Positions 36,111 to 50,500 of a stretch of DNA of 64,000 bases are shown here, piece by piece. The translations under genes were made by a program, and so were the position numbers. This DNA comes from Camelus dromedarius. Lineage: Eukaryota. Below the pieces are notes generated by a model. It was not told where the DNA came from and did not search any database. It saw only the letters and a program-made list of their open reading frames with translations. The number at the start of each line of letters is the position of its first letter. Position 1 is the first letter of the stretch. Location of the stretch: positions 51,710,001 to 51,774,000 of the forward strand of contig NC_087437.1 of NCBI RefSeq assembly GCF_036321535.1, read 5' to 3'.

Positions 36111-36857
36111 CACCCAGCTCCCACTGGGTGGGTGCCCCCTCAAGGACTGTGCAGGGACTCTGACCAGCCGGCTGGACTCTTGGACTTTTGGATGCCTGGC
36201 CTTAGGCTGTGGCCCAGAAGATGGAAGTTTGGGGAGAGCCCAAGCTGGGACTTCTCCTCCAGGCCTGTGCTCCCTCCCCAGGAAGTGTGCCCCAAACCTC
36301 TTCATATTGAAGATGGATTAGGAGAGGGGGTGATGACCCCACCCAAGCCCCTCGGGGCCTTCCTGCTCTCCAGTGGGGGATCCCCACCGCCTCAGACTTG
36401 GCTGTTCTTCAGTGCCAGAGGTCCTGGCATGGTCAGGTGGGGGATCAGCCTGGGTTCCATAGGGCCCAGCCCTGGCAGGGGTCTGGCCCCCCAGGTAGGC
36501 AGAGAACAGTCCCTCCCTCAGGAACTGGAGGAGGGGACTCCAGAAATGGGAAAATGTGATACGCCCATCCTGAAGCCAGCTGGCACCTCCAGTTTGCACA
36601 GGGACTTGTTCTGGGGGCTGAGGGCCCTGCCCCACCCCCGCCCTTGGTGCTGTCATAAAAGGGCAGGCAGGGGCAGGCTGAGGAGCAGCCCCTTGCCCCC
36701 AGAGACTGACTCTCAGAGCCAGAGGTCCGATGTGTGTGTGAGTGAGTGTGTGTGTTTGTATGTGTGTGTGCACGCACTGGCCTGCACAGAGAGCATGGGT
36801 GAGTGTGTAAAAGCTTGGCCTTGTGCCCTACAGTGGGGCCAGCTGGGCCATCAGTGA

Positions 36858-36863
36858 AATAAA
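36858..36863 (+). terminator. Polyadenylation signal of EPHB3 (3'UTR ~36111-36885)
   Basis: AATAAA ~750 nt after the stop codon, followed by pyrimidine-rich sequence. Confidence 0.8.
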
Positions 36864-37949
36864 GGCAATAAGATGATTCTCTTGCCCCATCTTATTCCAC
36901 CTCCCAAGGCAGGATTCCCTGATGCCTTCAAGTTCACAGTTCCTCAGCGCTGGCCCTTCAGAATTCCCAGGAGTCATTGGGAGGCCAGATCCAGGCCTCT
37001 CCAGGCTCAACTTCCCTTCTGTGCTTCGGCCTTGTTGCATCTAACTTCTTGAAAGTGGGGCAGTAACGATAAGAGAGGAAACTACCCCAGAGCTCCTTCC
37101 TTCTAAGGCTCAGGTGTTCCCTGGGGCAGACTCTTGGGTCTGGATGGTGTTTTGCAGAGTCCTTTCACACCCATTGCCTCTGAGGGAGCTGGGGGTAGAG
37201 GGAGTTGGTCAGCTGCCAGGGTCACATGGCCTAGGACCAAGGGGATGAGGGCCCCATGGAGTTCAGATGCAGAGGTCAGCTCCTTTCAGCAAGAGCCAGA
37301 CTAGAAGTGTGGCTACTCTTTACTGAACTATTACTGTGCTCTGAGTCCTGGGCTAAAATGCTCCGTTTATACATGGATCTTACTTAATCTCACAACAACC
37401 CAGCCAGGGAAGGAAGTATTTTTATCTTTTTTACAGAGGAGGAAAGGGAGAGGTTAAGTAAAACTTGCCCAAAGTCGCTGATCCAGTAAGTGAGGCCCGA
37501 GGGTGGGATTCCCACCCAGAGACTGCCTGCACACAGGAAAGGTTCAGAGGATAAATAACCAGAATGAGGGAGAGGGTAGGAAAACAGCTTCTGGAAATGT
37601 CGAAGGAGAAAGGGGGCAGGGTAGAGGGGCTCAGAGGCCCCTTAGATGCAGAAACACATGGGTGGCGGGTAGGGGAGAATGTGCACTTTCCCAGTGTCAG
37701 GAGGAGGGAACCTTAGGCAGTAAACCTTTGCCGGGCTTGGAATAGATTTCCAAGGAACCTGCACAACCTAAGTTTGAGTCTGGCTGGACCTGGGAAGGGG
37801 AGGGGCATGGACAAAGCCTCCTAGATCTCTGGGTTCACGGGTGCAGCCCCGCACACCTTCCCAGGCAGGGCAGAGCTCCGTAGGGGAAATCAAGTAGGGG
37901 CGGTAGCTAGGGGTTGGCGATGCTGCAGGTCTTGAAAGCACCGGCCAGC

Positions 37950-38460
37950 TATTTCAGGTGCAGGGGACCAGGGCCCTAGAGGCAGGCCAGGCCGGCGAGG
38001 GGAGTTGGGCCAAGGCGGAGGCTGAGTGTTTCAGCCCGCCGGCAGAAGCGGCAGCTGCCCGGAGAGAAGGGGCAGGGGTGCTTTGGTCTCGCAGCGCTCG
38101 GCTCCCGAGCCGCTGCCGCCTCTCTGCCGCCGGCCGCTCCTTAGTATTTTCCCCCGTCCCACGGAGCCCCGCTGCGGTGCAGTGGCTGCCCCGGGAAGGC
38201 CACCCCGGAAGGATCGGGGCCTTGGCGTCCCTGGGGATCCCCGCGTGGGATGGATCTCCTTCACGAGCCCTCCTTCCTTCCCTGGTTGGGGATTCTGCCG
38301 AGGGCGGGAGCTGAAGGGCATGATGCAGAGGCCTGAGGCCCCCTTGGACCTAGGCGCCGCGGCTGTCAACTGCGCGAGGTGTTGCTGGCGGCCGAGGGAG
38401 GGGACGCGGTGCTGAGTGGCGTCCTGCACACTCCGCGCCGCATTCCCGGGCTAAGGGCTC
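37950..38460. promoter_or_regulatory. CpG island just 3' of EPHB3
   Basis: Abrupt rise in CpG density (gccggcgagg, gcagcgctcggctcccgagccgctgccgcc, gcggccgagg). Confidence 0.7.
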
Positions 38461-41400
38461 AGATGAAGAGGAGAGGGCATTCCAAACTCCTGCTCAAGTG
38501 TTCACTTCCTACTCCTGAGGCTCCTGGATTGGCGAGGGTCCGTGGTCTGCATCTCCTTTGGTGATCCCCCTCACCTATCCCTTACTCTTTTCTTAGCGGG
38601 AGTCTTGGATGGGGGCTTCGCCCGAAGAGTTAAGACTTCGCCCCCTACTGGGTCGACAGAAAGGGTGGGATAGTGAACTTTCAGCGCTGGGGGAGGGATG
38701 GGGGTTGGCAGCCACACAGTTGAGGGGACACTTGGTGAGTGCGCTCCAAGCCGAAGATTTCAAGGGACGTCTGGAACCCAGAAATCCGAGGTACATAAGT
38801 TACTCTGTTAGATGTGCCCTGTGCAGCACACCGCACATACCTGCCTTCTCCTGTGTCCAAATTTGTACTCTCCTGCATGCACACCCTGTCCCAAGTCACC
38901 TCCCTTACTCAGGTTCTCACGTCTTGTTACAAGACCCTTCCTGGCCCCACCTCCCAACCCACACACCCTAAGAGCTTCCCACGATTGAGAATAAGTGGGG
39001 GAAGGGATGCAAAGAAGGAAGGACAAAAGCCATTCCTTTCCTTGAAGGCTCCTCCCCAGTGCATTCCTACCTGGGCCGCCTAACCCTGCTAACCTGCATC
39101 TTATTAGGGGCTAGGATGAGTCCTGAGATCCCAAGCAGGGTTATGAACAGGGAGGAGGCGTGGTTAGGGCATTAGAAGAATGAGGGTACTCAGAAGGGGG
39201 TCTGGCTTTCCTGGGGGTAGATGAAGAATAAGAGGTAGTGATTTCTTAATCTGGTTAGAGTCTTGGTTAATTAACTACACACTCCTGGGGGCAGAAAATT
39301 AGATTTCCCAAGTTAGTGCTTAAAAAAAGAAGCCAGTGGGATGTAGGAAGGGGAGCATGTTCAGCCTAGAGGAGGGGCAGCTTCCCCTCCTCTCTCATCC
39401 CATCTGAGGGCAGTTGCAGCCCCAAATGATACTCTGTGCTGAACTCAGGGAGTAGGGACAGGTAGAGAGAGTAAGCTGTTCTTCGCTGTACTCAGCGCCT
39501 GACAGTATCCCCCTCCTCCAGAATGGCCCCAGGGATAGGGCACTGGACAGCAGCTGTTAGATCTAAGCCTGGGTAGCTAGACCCTGGTCTAGAACCTGGA
39601 AATCAGGCAGCTGGGGTAGTGCAGTGGGAAGCCCCTAGGAAAGCCAGACTGCCCTTGCAGCCTTAGAGTATAGGCAGACCTGGAGTCAAAGTCCAGCTTC
39701 CTAGTCTTGACCTAGGGTAGGTTGTTCTCTCTCTGCCTTGATTTCCTCATCTATAAAAAGGTGTGTAGTAATCATTCCTACCTCATGAGATTGTTACAAA
39801 AGTTAGTTAATACATGTAAAGTGTATGCGGGGATCATAGTAAGTACTCAAAAATGTCAGGTACTATTTTTATTAGTATGATGTTTGAATAAAATATACGA
39901 ACAGACAGGAAAATGCTGAGTAGTGCTTGGTGCAGAGCAGGGGTCAAAGAAACCAAGGTATTGGGGGAAATCACCAACCCTATTTCACCCACAGGGATGC
40001 TGGGCATTTTGCTGCTGGCTTAAGCCAGGTGCTGGCCCACTTCCTGAGATAGGGCTGGTGGGGCCTGAATGGTTTGGAGACAATAAGGGTGAGGGCCCTG
40101 AAGCTCATTAAGGGGTAGAAAATGCACCAAGTCGCTGAGGGACCGTGATTCCTGCATTTCTTCCTTAAGTGCAGTGTTCCTGGGTCTGTTTGGGGGCAGG
40201 GGAGTACTGGATATCTGCTACGTGTCAGGCACTGTGCTGGGCACTAGGGATCTTGTAATGAATAAGATCAGAGACAGATGCTACTTCAAAGAACTTAGTC
40301 TAATAGAGATATAGATGCTCTTCAAATAATCATACAAAAAATGTATATAATTATAAGTCAAGGTACATGTTACAGGTGTCGGATCAAATCACAGCTCCAG
40401 TGACCTCAGCTCGTCTAGGGGCAAGGCCAGGGGTCCTCTAGCCAGTTATCTGATGCCCAGCAGAGGGAGCTGGGGCCCCCATTACTATCCAGGTCTCTTT
40501 ATTTAGCCTTTTGGTGTCTGACCCTAAGTATATCTTCATTCCCTCCCTCCCTCACTCATTTATTCAACATACCTTCATTGGACCTTCTATATGCCAATCC
40601 CAGTGTATGGAGCTGACGATATGGGGATGAACTGGTTACAGCTCCCACTCCCTGGAGGTGCACATAGCTCAGAAGGGGACACTGATATGTAAATCGGCTC
40701 ATACAATGTGATAAGTGCTACAGCTCAATAAGCACCAGGTGCTGTAAGGAAGGGACTCAGGCTGGGAATTCCATCAAAGAAGGCTGCTGCAGAAGGTGAC
40801 TTGAATTAAGCCTTGGAGGCTGCTTGCAGTTAGCAAGAGGGGAGAATGGAGCAGTATATGCAAAGGTCCTGGGTCAGGTGAGAGCAGAGCAGTCTAAGGG
40901 CACACAGGCCATTCCAGCTCAGAATGAAGAAGGAACAGGATCATGGACAAATGACATCGACCAAGTCTTCTTTCCAATAATTCATCCCCAGCTGGGCCAT
41001 CCACTTCTCACAGCCTGGAGGGAGAGTCTTGGGCACCTGGTCTCAGCAGTTCTACAACTCCACTTGGGCACCCTCTCCATTGCTACTCCTGTAGCCCTCT
41101 GCTCTACCTGTACCCTGCTGCAAGGCACATTTGACTACAGGCATTTCTGAGCACATGATGCCTTCTATCCCTATTTCTACAAAAGAGCTCAGAGAAATGA
41201 CATGGCTTGCCTGAGGTCACAGAGCCAGCCAATGGCAAAGCCAAGATCTGAATCAGACCTAATTCATCCATGATTCTGTGTTCTTCCCACTACATCAGGA
41301 TGCCTTGGAAGGGGAACTGAGGGGACCTGAGGGGACCTAGAAGTGCTGCACCTGGGCTACTTCAGAGTGACACTCTCCCCCCTAGGAGGGGCCTCTGCAC

Positions 41401-43849
41401 ACATAGGGAAGGCTACCTCAGCTTTCCTTTTTTAGAGAAGAGCCGGGCCCCCAGGTGCTGAAGGCCCTGTTAGGAGTACAGTCCAGGAATGGTATACGGT
41501 TCCCATTGGGGCGGGGGGCGGGGGCACAGGTCTGACAGGCAAGCAACTCTGTCCTTCCATTTGCCTTCCTGCCCTTCTCTGTTTCTCATTAATTATTCCC
41601 ATCTCATGGAGCAGGAATGAAAACAGACTCTGGATCTGGCTGGAGGCCTGCTGTGACATCAGCCCAGAGGTGGCTGCCCTGACCCTGACTATAGGGGGCT
41701 GGGGAAGACCCCCTTCCGCACTTTGTCTTGGTCTGGCAGGGAGAAGCAGAAAGGCAGGAGCATCTCTCCCTGAACCCCTCTCCCTTCCCCTGGCATTGAA
41801 CTTGGGGAAGGTGACAGACGTGGCCCTTGCCTGAGGGGACCAGGAAGGGCGTGTCTGCAGGAATGTGGGGGGTACTGAAACCTGCTTTCCTCAGACACCA
41901 CTGCCTTGCAACTCCTTCCCCTCAGCCACCCCCAGCACTGCTCCCAGGCACCATTCTCCCACTATCCTCTCCATGTACTTTTGAAGCCACCATTAAACTA
42001 TTCCCTTGCTCTCCCTTCCTCCCAACCTCACCTCCCTTGACCTTTCTGAGCCTCAAGCTCACAGTCAGGCTTCTTCTGGGATTTGGTAGCTGGCCAACCA
42101 GAGCTTCTGGGCTCCAGCCTCTTTTCTTTAACACCCACATGCTGACCTCTCACCTCCAGTGACCTCCTCCTTCATTCCTAATTGGCCTCCATTTAGTGCA
42201 GCACATTGGGCTACACTTTGATCCTGGTTATCACTTAGCCATCTCCTCTAAGATTGCAGATCTGATATCCCAGGCTCCCCTCCCACCACTTCCTCTTGTC
42301 TGCCCAGTTTCAAAATCTCTGGTCCCAAAACCCCTTTTTCTCTCCACCTGGAGGCCTTCCGGGGTACACTTCTCTTCCTGCCCAACCTGGACAATTCCCA
42401 CTCCCAAAAGGGGAATACCATGATCTCTCTGAGCAACCCTTTTCTTGTTTTGCTAATTTTTAATAAAATTCTCTCCGCAGCAGCTGGTGCAGACTTTTCT
42501 ACATGACCCGAGCCTCCACTTGCGCCTTCTTCCATTCTCACCTTCTACGTCAATAAAATAACACATCCTTTCCACAAGCACATGCTGAGACCTCCTCTTT
42601 GCCAGGAACTAGCCTCAGGCAATGGAGATATGTGAGCTGTCCTCAAGAAGCCTCCAGTCCACTGGAGGAGAAAGACAAGTGACAGGGTGATATTGGAATA
42701 TCTTAGGTGTCACTGATGGATTCTGACAAGGAGAGTGACATTATGAGGCCAGTGTTTTGGAAGTAGAGTGAGGCAGGTATGGGGTGGATTGGAGGACATA
42801 AAGATGGTGGCTGGAAGACGCAGTCTAGGTGAAGGGTAATAAGGTCCTGGATAAAGATGGGGTGAGGAGGAGGTGTTGTAGAAAGGGCAAGGAAAAAACA
42901 GGTGTGAGTGATTTTGCAAAGGTAAGTAGCAACATGCTTAGTGACTGACTGGATGTGGGAGAGGAGAGATAGTAAACGTCTGAGCCTGGGTGATTCTGAG
43001 GACTGGGCATTTGGGCGTACTTTGGCACCATTTATGGATTCAGAAGGTACAGGAAGAACAGGATGTATGAAGGAGAACAATGGGCTCAGTTTGAAGCTTT
43101 CAAGGAGAGATGTCCAGTAAGGCATCGGATACATGGATCCAGAGCACAGGAGTGAGGTCTGAGCTGGAGTATCAGACACAGCATGGAGACCAGGGATGAA
43201 GTTCAGATAGTGAGTAGGATTGCCCATGAGAGTTGTAGAGAGAAGAGAAGAGGCTGAGGTGGGTAGGTGGGGAATGCCCCCTCACTACTCCCACAGGCAT
43301 CCTTCATACCTCTCTGAGAGTTTAGCACATGCATTATAAGTGTTCCTCTTTGTCATCTCTGCCTGAAGCTGTGCTCCTTGAAGAAGGCACCACACCTTTA
43401 TGATGCATATTTCCTAGGAAGATATATGTGGGTCTGGCACAAGATAGGAAGCTCAGTAATGCCTGAGGGATGGACGGATGATAATAGTAAACTGTTGAGG
43501 GCTTATTTTGTGCCAGGCACAACTCTAAGTACTTCATGTTTAGTAATTCATCTATCTTCAGGATAACTCTACATTTCCAACCCTCAATGGAAATGTACTC
43601 TTGCCATTTCCATTTTACATAGGGGAAAACTTGACTAACAGAAGTTAAGTAACTTGTCCAAGGTCACTGAAATAGTAAGCGGAGGAGCCAAGATTTGAAT
43701 TCAGAGTTGATGCTTTTTACTCCCACCCTATTCTGCTTCTCAAATAAAATCTTAAAATAAGATCAACTACTATGATTACCATTATTGAATGCTTACTGTG
43801 CCAGGTACTAGGCTAGAACTTTATTAGATTATTTAATTTAATTCTGTAT

Positions 43850-44500
43850 AAATGAATTAATAGATAAATGTACTGATGGATGGAGTAAAATATGTATGTA
43901 TGTATGGACAAGTGGATAAATGATGGATGAATGAATGAATAGGTAGATGAAAAAGTAAATGGCAGAATGGATAGAGGGATAAATGGACAGACAAGTGAAT
44001 GTATGTATGAATGATTATAGTTGAATAACTGGATGACAGGTAGGTGAATGGATAGATGAATGGATACGTGGATGGATGAATAGTAGGATGGATGAAAGAA
44101 TAGGCAAGTAGGTGTATAGAAGAGAGAATGCATGGACGGATGGATGATGGATGGATGGATGGATAAATAGGTGAAGAGATGAAAGAATAGGTGAATGGAT
44201 GAGTGGATAGAAGGATGGATGGAGGGATGGAAATGAGTGGCTACACATAAACAGATGAGAAGATAGTTAAGTAGATGAATGAGTGAATGGATGAATGAGT
44301 AGATACATGGATGTGGATAGAAAGATGGATGAATGGTAGGGTGGATGAATGAATAAAACAATGGGTATATGGATGAAAGGATAAATGAATGGACAGATAA
44401 TTAGATAATTAGATCTGATAATTAGATAGCTAGATGATTGGGTTAGTGGATGGTTGAATGGATGAGTGGATGTTTAGATGGTTGGCTGGATAAAGAAATG
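43850..44500. repeat. Degenerate (GGAT/GAAT)n tetranucleotide repeat, ~650 bp
   Basis: Continuous ggatggatgaatgaatggatag pattern with almost no C on the + strand. Confidence 0.9.
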
Positions 44501-47500
44501 AATTCCTATATTTAGGGCTGTAAAAGAGAATAAGAAAACCCACAAATTATAGTTTCTATCCTTTCCCCCAGATATATCTATGACTTCTCTTGGCCATTTC
44601 TTCCACATTGGTATATAGAATCTGTCCTGCCCTACCTACCCCCCACAAACCCACAACCAGGCACCAAAGCTTGCTCCTAAACACCTCCCCACCCTCAAGT
44701 ACACAGACATCCTGAAATAGATTCCAGCCATCCTGATTCCTTTCCTGCTCTCCTGCCTTGATGTCCAGGGAAACCACCTTCCAAACAACCAGCCTAGGAA
44801 TCAGGTGAGTGGTGACTGGGGGGACTCCTCCCTCTGTCCCCTGGGTGGTCTGTTTAATAGGCCTAACCCTGGAGCACCAGGACACAAGCAGATACAGGGT
44901 TGGAAGTCTGTGATTAGAGTGGGAAACTAATAGGCATCATAGAAGATGTCAGGGGCACAGTGTCGAGGGAGAGGGGTGTTCTCTGGGGCTGGCAGGGCAG
45001 CCATATCTATTCTCAGGTAGAGAAGGGGTTTTAGGAAGTAGCAGTCGGGCAGACTGGAAGGAATGAGGCCTTGCTCAGTTAGAAGGCAGGATCCATCTCT
45101 GAAGTCATCCAATTATAAGTCCTCAGCTCTACTGCATGGGAGCTGTGTGGCTTTGGACAATTCACTTAACTTTTCTGAGTTTTCTTAGCTGTAAAATGAA
45201 CTAATGGCATCACCTAGTTACCAAAAAAATGAAACAAGAGAATGCAAAGGAAGTGTGTGGCACGTAGTAGGCCATTAACAAATGCTTTCAAGAAGCAATA
45301 AAGTATATAGGTTTCTTTTTTTTTTCTGGGAGGAGATAAGCTAAGGACTCTCTGCTATGTGTCTGTTTAGGAAGAAGCGTAAGTGATGATGTTACAGGTC
45401 TAGGGTCCCCATGGCATCTGGGGACCAGCACATCCTCATGGGAATCTCCTGGAGAAGCCTTCTCCTGCTTTCAGTTCCCCCAACGTCAGGTCCTTGGGAC
45501 TCTCCCAAGGCGTGAGGGTGCAAGTGGGAGTGGGCTCCTAGCTATGGAGCCTCTGAGGAGGCCAGACCCTCGCCACAGCCCCTGGCCCTCCCTCTTTGGG
45601 CCAGGCACCAGCAGGCAGGACAGCCCACTCCATGCTAAACAAAAAAAGAGCTGCTTGTTGTGGAGGATGAATCAGGGAGACCAAAGAACGGCCCTGGGAG
45701 GAAAGAGGAGAGGGTTCCTCCTCGGACCCAGGAACAGGCCTTCTTCCACAGTGTGAGCGTGTGTGGAGCATGTGGGTTAAAGGAAGCCAGAAACTGGGAT
45801 TTGTACCTTTTCCCCTTTCCCACTGCTCTTATTTTTACCTCTCTTGTCTCATCTTATCTCCACCATGTTGATATGTTTTCAAGGTGGAAGAACAGAGGCT
45901 AGGCATCTTGCCCCGGGTTTCACAGTTATCTCTAATACTGAGTAGCGGGACTTTTGATTCTGCTGGAGGCACTTTCTCCTCTTAAACGGCTTACACTGGG
46001 CTTGAACACAGGATATATGAAGGAAGGAGAAGGGAATGACTGTCTTGTACTAGACTTTTTATGTAGCTTCATCTCCATAGAACTCTATGAGGTTGTGAGG
46101 AAGATGTTATTACTCCATTTTACAGATAAGGAAACTGAGGCACAGGGAAATGACTTACCCAAGGTCACACGCCCAGTGAAGGTTATAGCCTGTATTTGAA
46201 CCCAGGTTATCTGACACTTGACAAGAGTGGTAACTTAGAGAGGGGGCCTTGAAGCAGGGAACCCACAGGGTCTGGAAGAGGAGACAAGAGGCTTTAGTGG
46301 CATGGGGAAGATTAGGGTGATGTTCTGTTTGACTCAGCCCCAGGGCCTCTGGCTTCACATGCTGCTCTACGCTGGAAGCCTAGATCTGCGTGTGCAAAAT
46401 GAAGATGCTGAATCAGTGCCAACAGGGCCATGCCCAACCCCAGCCCCAACCCGAGGGCTCAGGAAATGACACACCTGAACTGTAGAACAGATTGTTGGAC
46501 CTGTCTCTATGATCACCTCCCAGAAGAGGGGTTTGCAGATGGTTGCTCAGCAGCCCCTAAGAGGGAGGAGGACCAAGCGTCCTGAGCTGAAGAGTGCCCT
46601 CCAGGCTGACCCAGACCCAGCAGCAGTGGGGATGGTGGACACCTCAGCCTGTGGGTCAGGTGGCCAGGGCTCAAGTTTTGCTGTGTGATCTTAGACAATT
46701 TATAGAGATCTCTGGGCCCCATATTCCTTTTTTTGTAAACAAAGGTAGAAATTTTTTTTCTGCCTACCTTCTGGGCGTAGGTCCTGGAGAAAGCGACCTT
46801 CTACCCCATGGATCTGACTCTGGGTCAGAACAGTCTTGGGAAGGAGGTGGGAGAATGGGACCTCTGCCCGATCTTTCTGTTGGTAAGAAGTGTTAGGAAG
46901 CATGAATCAACACCCCGGGGGGTGCTGTAATTTTTTCACAAGTCTGGCTGTGCACAGGGGCAGTACCCTTGTTATGATATCTGAAACAGAGATTTTCTTG
47001 CTCCTGGGGACTAGAGAATGTGTTCAGGGGCGGGGGCAGGGTGGCTAGCACACGATGGGGATTTGCTCTAGTTTGACAGCTAAACTCTACTGTGGGCAGA
47101 GCTGGGCTCTTGGCTCAGCTCTAGAACATCATCTGCTCCCAGCACAGGTAAGGCCACTGAGGCCCCAGAAGGGACAGCCAGCGGAGCCCAAGATCCCACC
47201 TTCTCAGGCCTGAGACAGAGCTTGGAGTGGCCAGCCTGCAGGGCTTCCCCTTTAGGGTGCAAGCTGTGTGGAGGCCGCGCTCAGAGATGGGGGATGGCCC
47301 CTCTCTCATGTCAGCATCATGTCGAGTGTTTGTGGGGACTGGTCATCCCTTCTCCTTCCACACCAGCCTTGGCTGAGGCAGCAGCTCTGGCAGAAGGGAG
47401 GCTGGGGGAGGGGAGGGCAGAGCTTTGCAAAGGAGGAGGCAGGAATTCTGCTTGGAAATAATTCAAATGAGGCTATGAAACCAGAACCCTGTCTCAGAAC

Positions 47501-50500
47501 AAATTGGCCAGATTTGGCCTGGGGGAAAGGGGAGTTATAAGGGGAGTGGAGGAGGTTGGGCCCTGGCTGAGGGGGGAGGGGCTGGACAGGACTCTGATGA
47601 GCGTTTCCAAGAGGAGTCCAGGCCTGAACTGCCTTAGGTAGAAGGGGGCAGCAGTCCCCTGGGCTGCCTTCTGTGACACAGGAGGGAGAAGTCAGGTGCC
47701 CCAAGCACCCATCTGGCCTTCCTGAAGGGAACAGGGCTAGACCATCATTGACACTCTAAGACTGCCCAGCTGTGACCCTGCCACATCCCTCCCCCGTCCC
47801 TGTTCCTGTTCTACTTCTGAAGCAAAGCAGCCCCTGTGACTCTCCATCTTACCAAGAATTCATTCATAATTTCTGTTTCCCTTTTAAGTCTCCTGCTCTG
47901 TGCTGAGCCTGAGGGTACAAGGATGAACTTGGTCAGCCAAGGGCCCAGGGCCGGGTGGGGAGGAATCCATTGGTAAGGCTTTGAGGTATGACTTAAAAAA
48001 TGAATTCTCATTCCTTGTCCTAACTGGGGAGGTGTCTGGAGGGGCCCCTCACAGAGCAGAGCTGACCTGGGCAGCCTGGGGAATGCCTCTCCTCCTCCTC
48101 AGTCAGAGCCAGGGCTGGGCTTGGGTCTGAACAGAGGGGAGGGGTGGGCGGTGGGGGGTTCACTGCGGGGCCAGGCAGGGGCACACAGCGGAGGAAAACC
48201 AAGGCCTTCAGAGACTCATCAAAGGAGCTGCTGTGTGAAAGAGGCAACCTTGGAGGGGTCACCCGGGTTCACACCGCCTGGAGAGGCTTGTAGGCCTCGT
48301 CTGATGGGGGTGGGGTGGGGGAGCGGCTAGGGGCCGGGCTGAGGGAGGGAGTGGCCGGGCGGGACAGCAGGCTGCTCTTCTAGAGCCGGCTTCCTGTCCC
48401 GCTGGCCGCCCGGCCGGCCGCAGGCGGAGCTCCAGGGAGCTCTTTTCTAAGGAGAAGTTCTGTCAGCCCGCCTGCCGTGGTCTGGGTGTCTAGACCCCTT
48501 CTCAGGGAGGAAGCAAGTTTCCTCAGCCACCTCACTTCCATACCTCCCGGACTAGATTCAAGGGCCAAAATCAAGTCTGAGGACCGGATGGAAGGAGGAC
48601 TCAGATACAAGCCACGACCCCGCCCCCTTTCTGACCTGACCCTCCCCTACCCGGGTCTCCGCGCGGGGGTCTGCCTGGCTTGCAGCTCCTCCGACACCGC
48701 CCCCATCACGCAGGATTCTGCCCTGTCCTACTTACTGCCCCTGTCTACTTTCTCCCTGGAGAGGGAACCAGAGACTGATTGGGACCCCCTTGCTCACTCC
48801 TTCCTAAGCCCACTAACCCTCTGGAGCCCCTTTTCCCCACCCCCTCCAGTGTGAGGGTCTCAGAAGCCTCTGCTCTTCCCTCTCGCAGAACCAATAGAGG
48901 CTCCCAGGATCCTTTCTGCTTTGCCCCTAATGTAGATTTCCCGGGCTTCACTGACCTGCTCCCTCAGAGTGTGGGTCTCGAGACTTGTTCACCACTCTTG
49001 ACAACCCCCACCCCACTTCAGCGAGCTCTCAGAATTCTGTTTTCCCCCACCCGTGTGGACTTCCAGAGTCCTCCTCTGTGCACTCGCCAACGCGAGCCCT
49101 GGAAGAAAGGCACTTCTGAGGGAATAAAGCGGAGGGCAGCCATGGCTCAAGATGGGAGGGGCCTCGGCTTCTGGCCCCTCCTCGGGGCTCAGGCAGGGCC
49201 CGGACCTCTCTTCTCAACCCCTCCTCTCAACTGAGGGGGCCGCTGTGGCGGGTGAGTGAGCTGGAGGGGGATGGGAGGGGCAGGGGAGGTGGGGGAACCG
49301 GTCTTGTGTTGTTCTTGGCTTGGAGCCCCCAGCCCCAGGGAAATCCTGACTCTGTGGAAAACTGAGCAGGCAGTCAGGCAGGGGAGGAGGAGTTGGAAGA
49401 GGAAGAGGAGGAGAAGGAGGAGGAGGACCAAGGGCTCAGGGTGAGGTGGGGGTAGGGGCTCCTCTCATAAATCAATCCCACCAGCTCTCAGACCTGACAA
49501 AAACCAGAGACCCAGGGTCCCTTGGGGGCTGAGGCCAGAGAGGGGGAGGGGGGGTGCAAGCCATCCGATGGGCTGTGAGGGGAGGAAGGTCTGAAATGAG
49601 GGGGCAGCATCCTGTTCAAAGGGCCCTGCCTCAAGACCCCCAAAACAACAGGTGTGTTTGGGGGAGGGGGTCTGAGAAAACAACTTACAACTACAGGAGC
49701 TGAATCAGGGTGGCTATGACAGATTGATGGGGGCGGGGGCGGGGGTGTGCAGAGTTTCCCTCTGGTTAGCAATTCAGAACATTTTTATTGTCCTAAATTC
49801 TGCCCTGGTTCAACTCCTGAGGAACTGTGTGATTTCAGACAAGCTGCTTCACCTCTCTAGGTACCTCAGGCTCCTCAGATGTAAGGGTGTGTGTGTGTAA
49901 TGGGCGAGGGAGGTGGTCCAGCCCCAACCTGGCAATCCCTGAACATTCTAGCCCTCAGTGCTGTACTGCAGGGGAAAGAATATTGCTCTGGAGTGGGCAT
50001 GACAACAGTTAAGAGTCTAGGTTCTGCAACTTAATAACTGTAGTCTTGGGCTGGACACATAGTCTCTCAGATCCTCAGTTTCTGCATCTCTCAAATGGGC
50101 ATAATAATGCCTCCCTGGCAGGGCTGGTATGCCAGTGAGTGAGACAGTGTATGTTAAGTGCTCTGCATTGGCAGGTTCTTAGTCAAAGGCTGTTGTTTAT
50201 TTTGTATCTACCTTTTGGATGTCTGCAAGTTTTAGCCTTCCAAAGATCACCTTTTTCCTTTAATACTTAAGTGTTAATAATAATAAAGTTGCCCCAGTAA
50301 CACAAAAACCCTCACAGCCCTCAGTATTTCCAAGGACTCTCAACAAGTGTGTGCTTCTCCTCACCCTTCCACCTGGGACACAGGAACTCTGGGCTGTACC
50401 TTATAGGCCATCACCAAAGGTCTGGGCTGTGGCAGGAGGATGCCGCCTACCACGTGAACTTGAACATCAGCTGTCCTAACCCCTAGTCTTGCCCACCACT

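Noticed and set aside
43813..44361. 182-aa His/Ser/Ile-rich ORF
   Set aside because: Translation of the (ATCC/ATTC)n simple repeat
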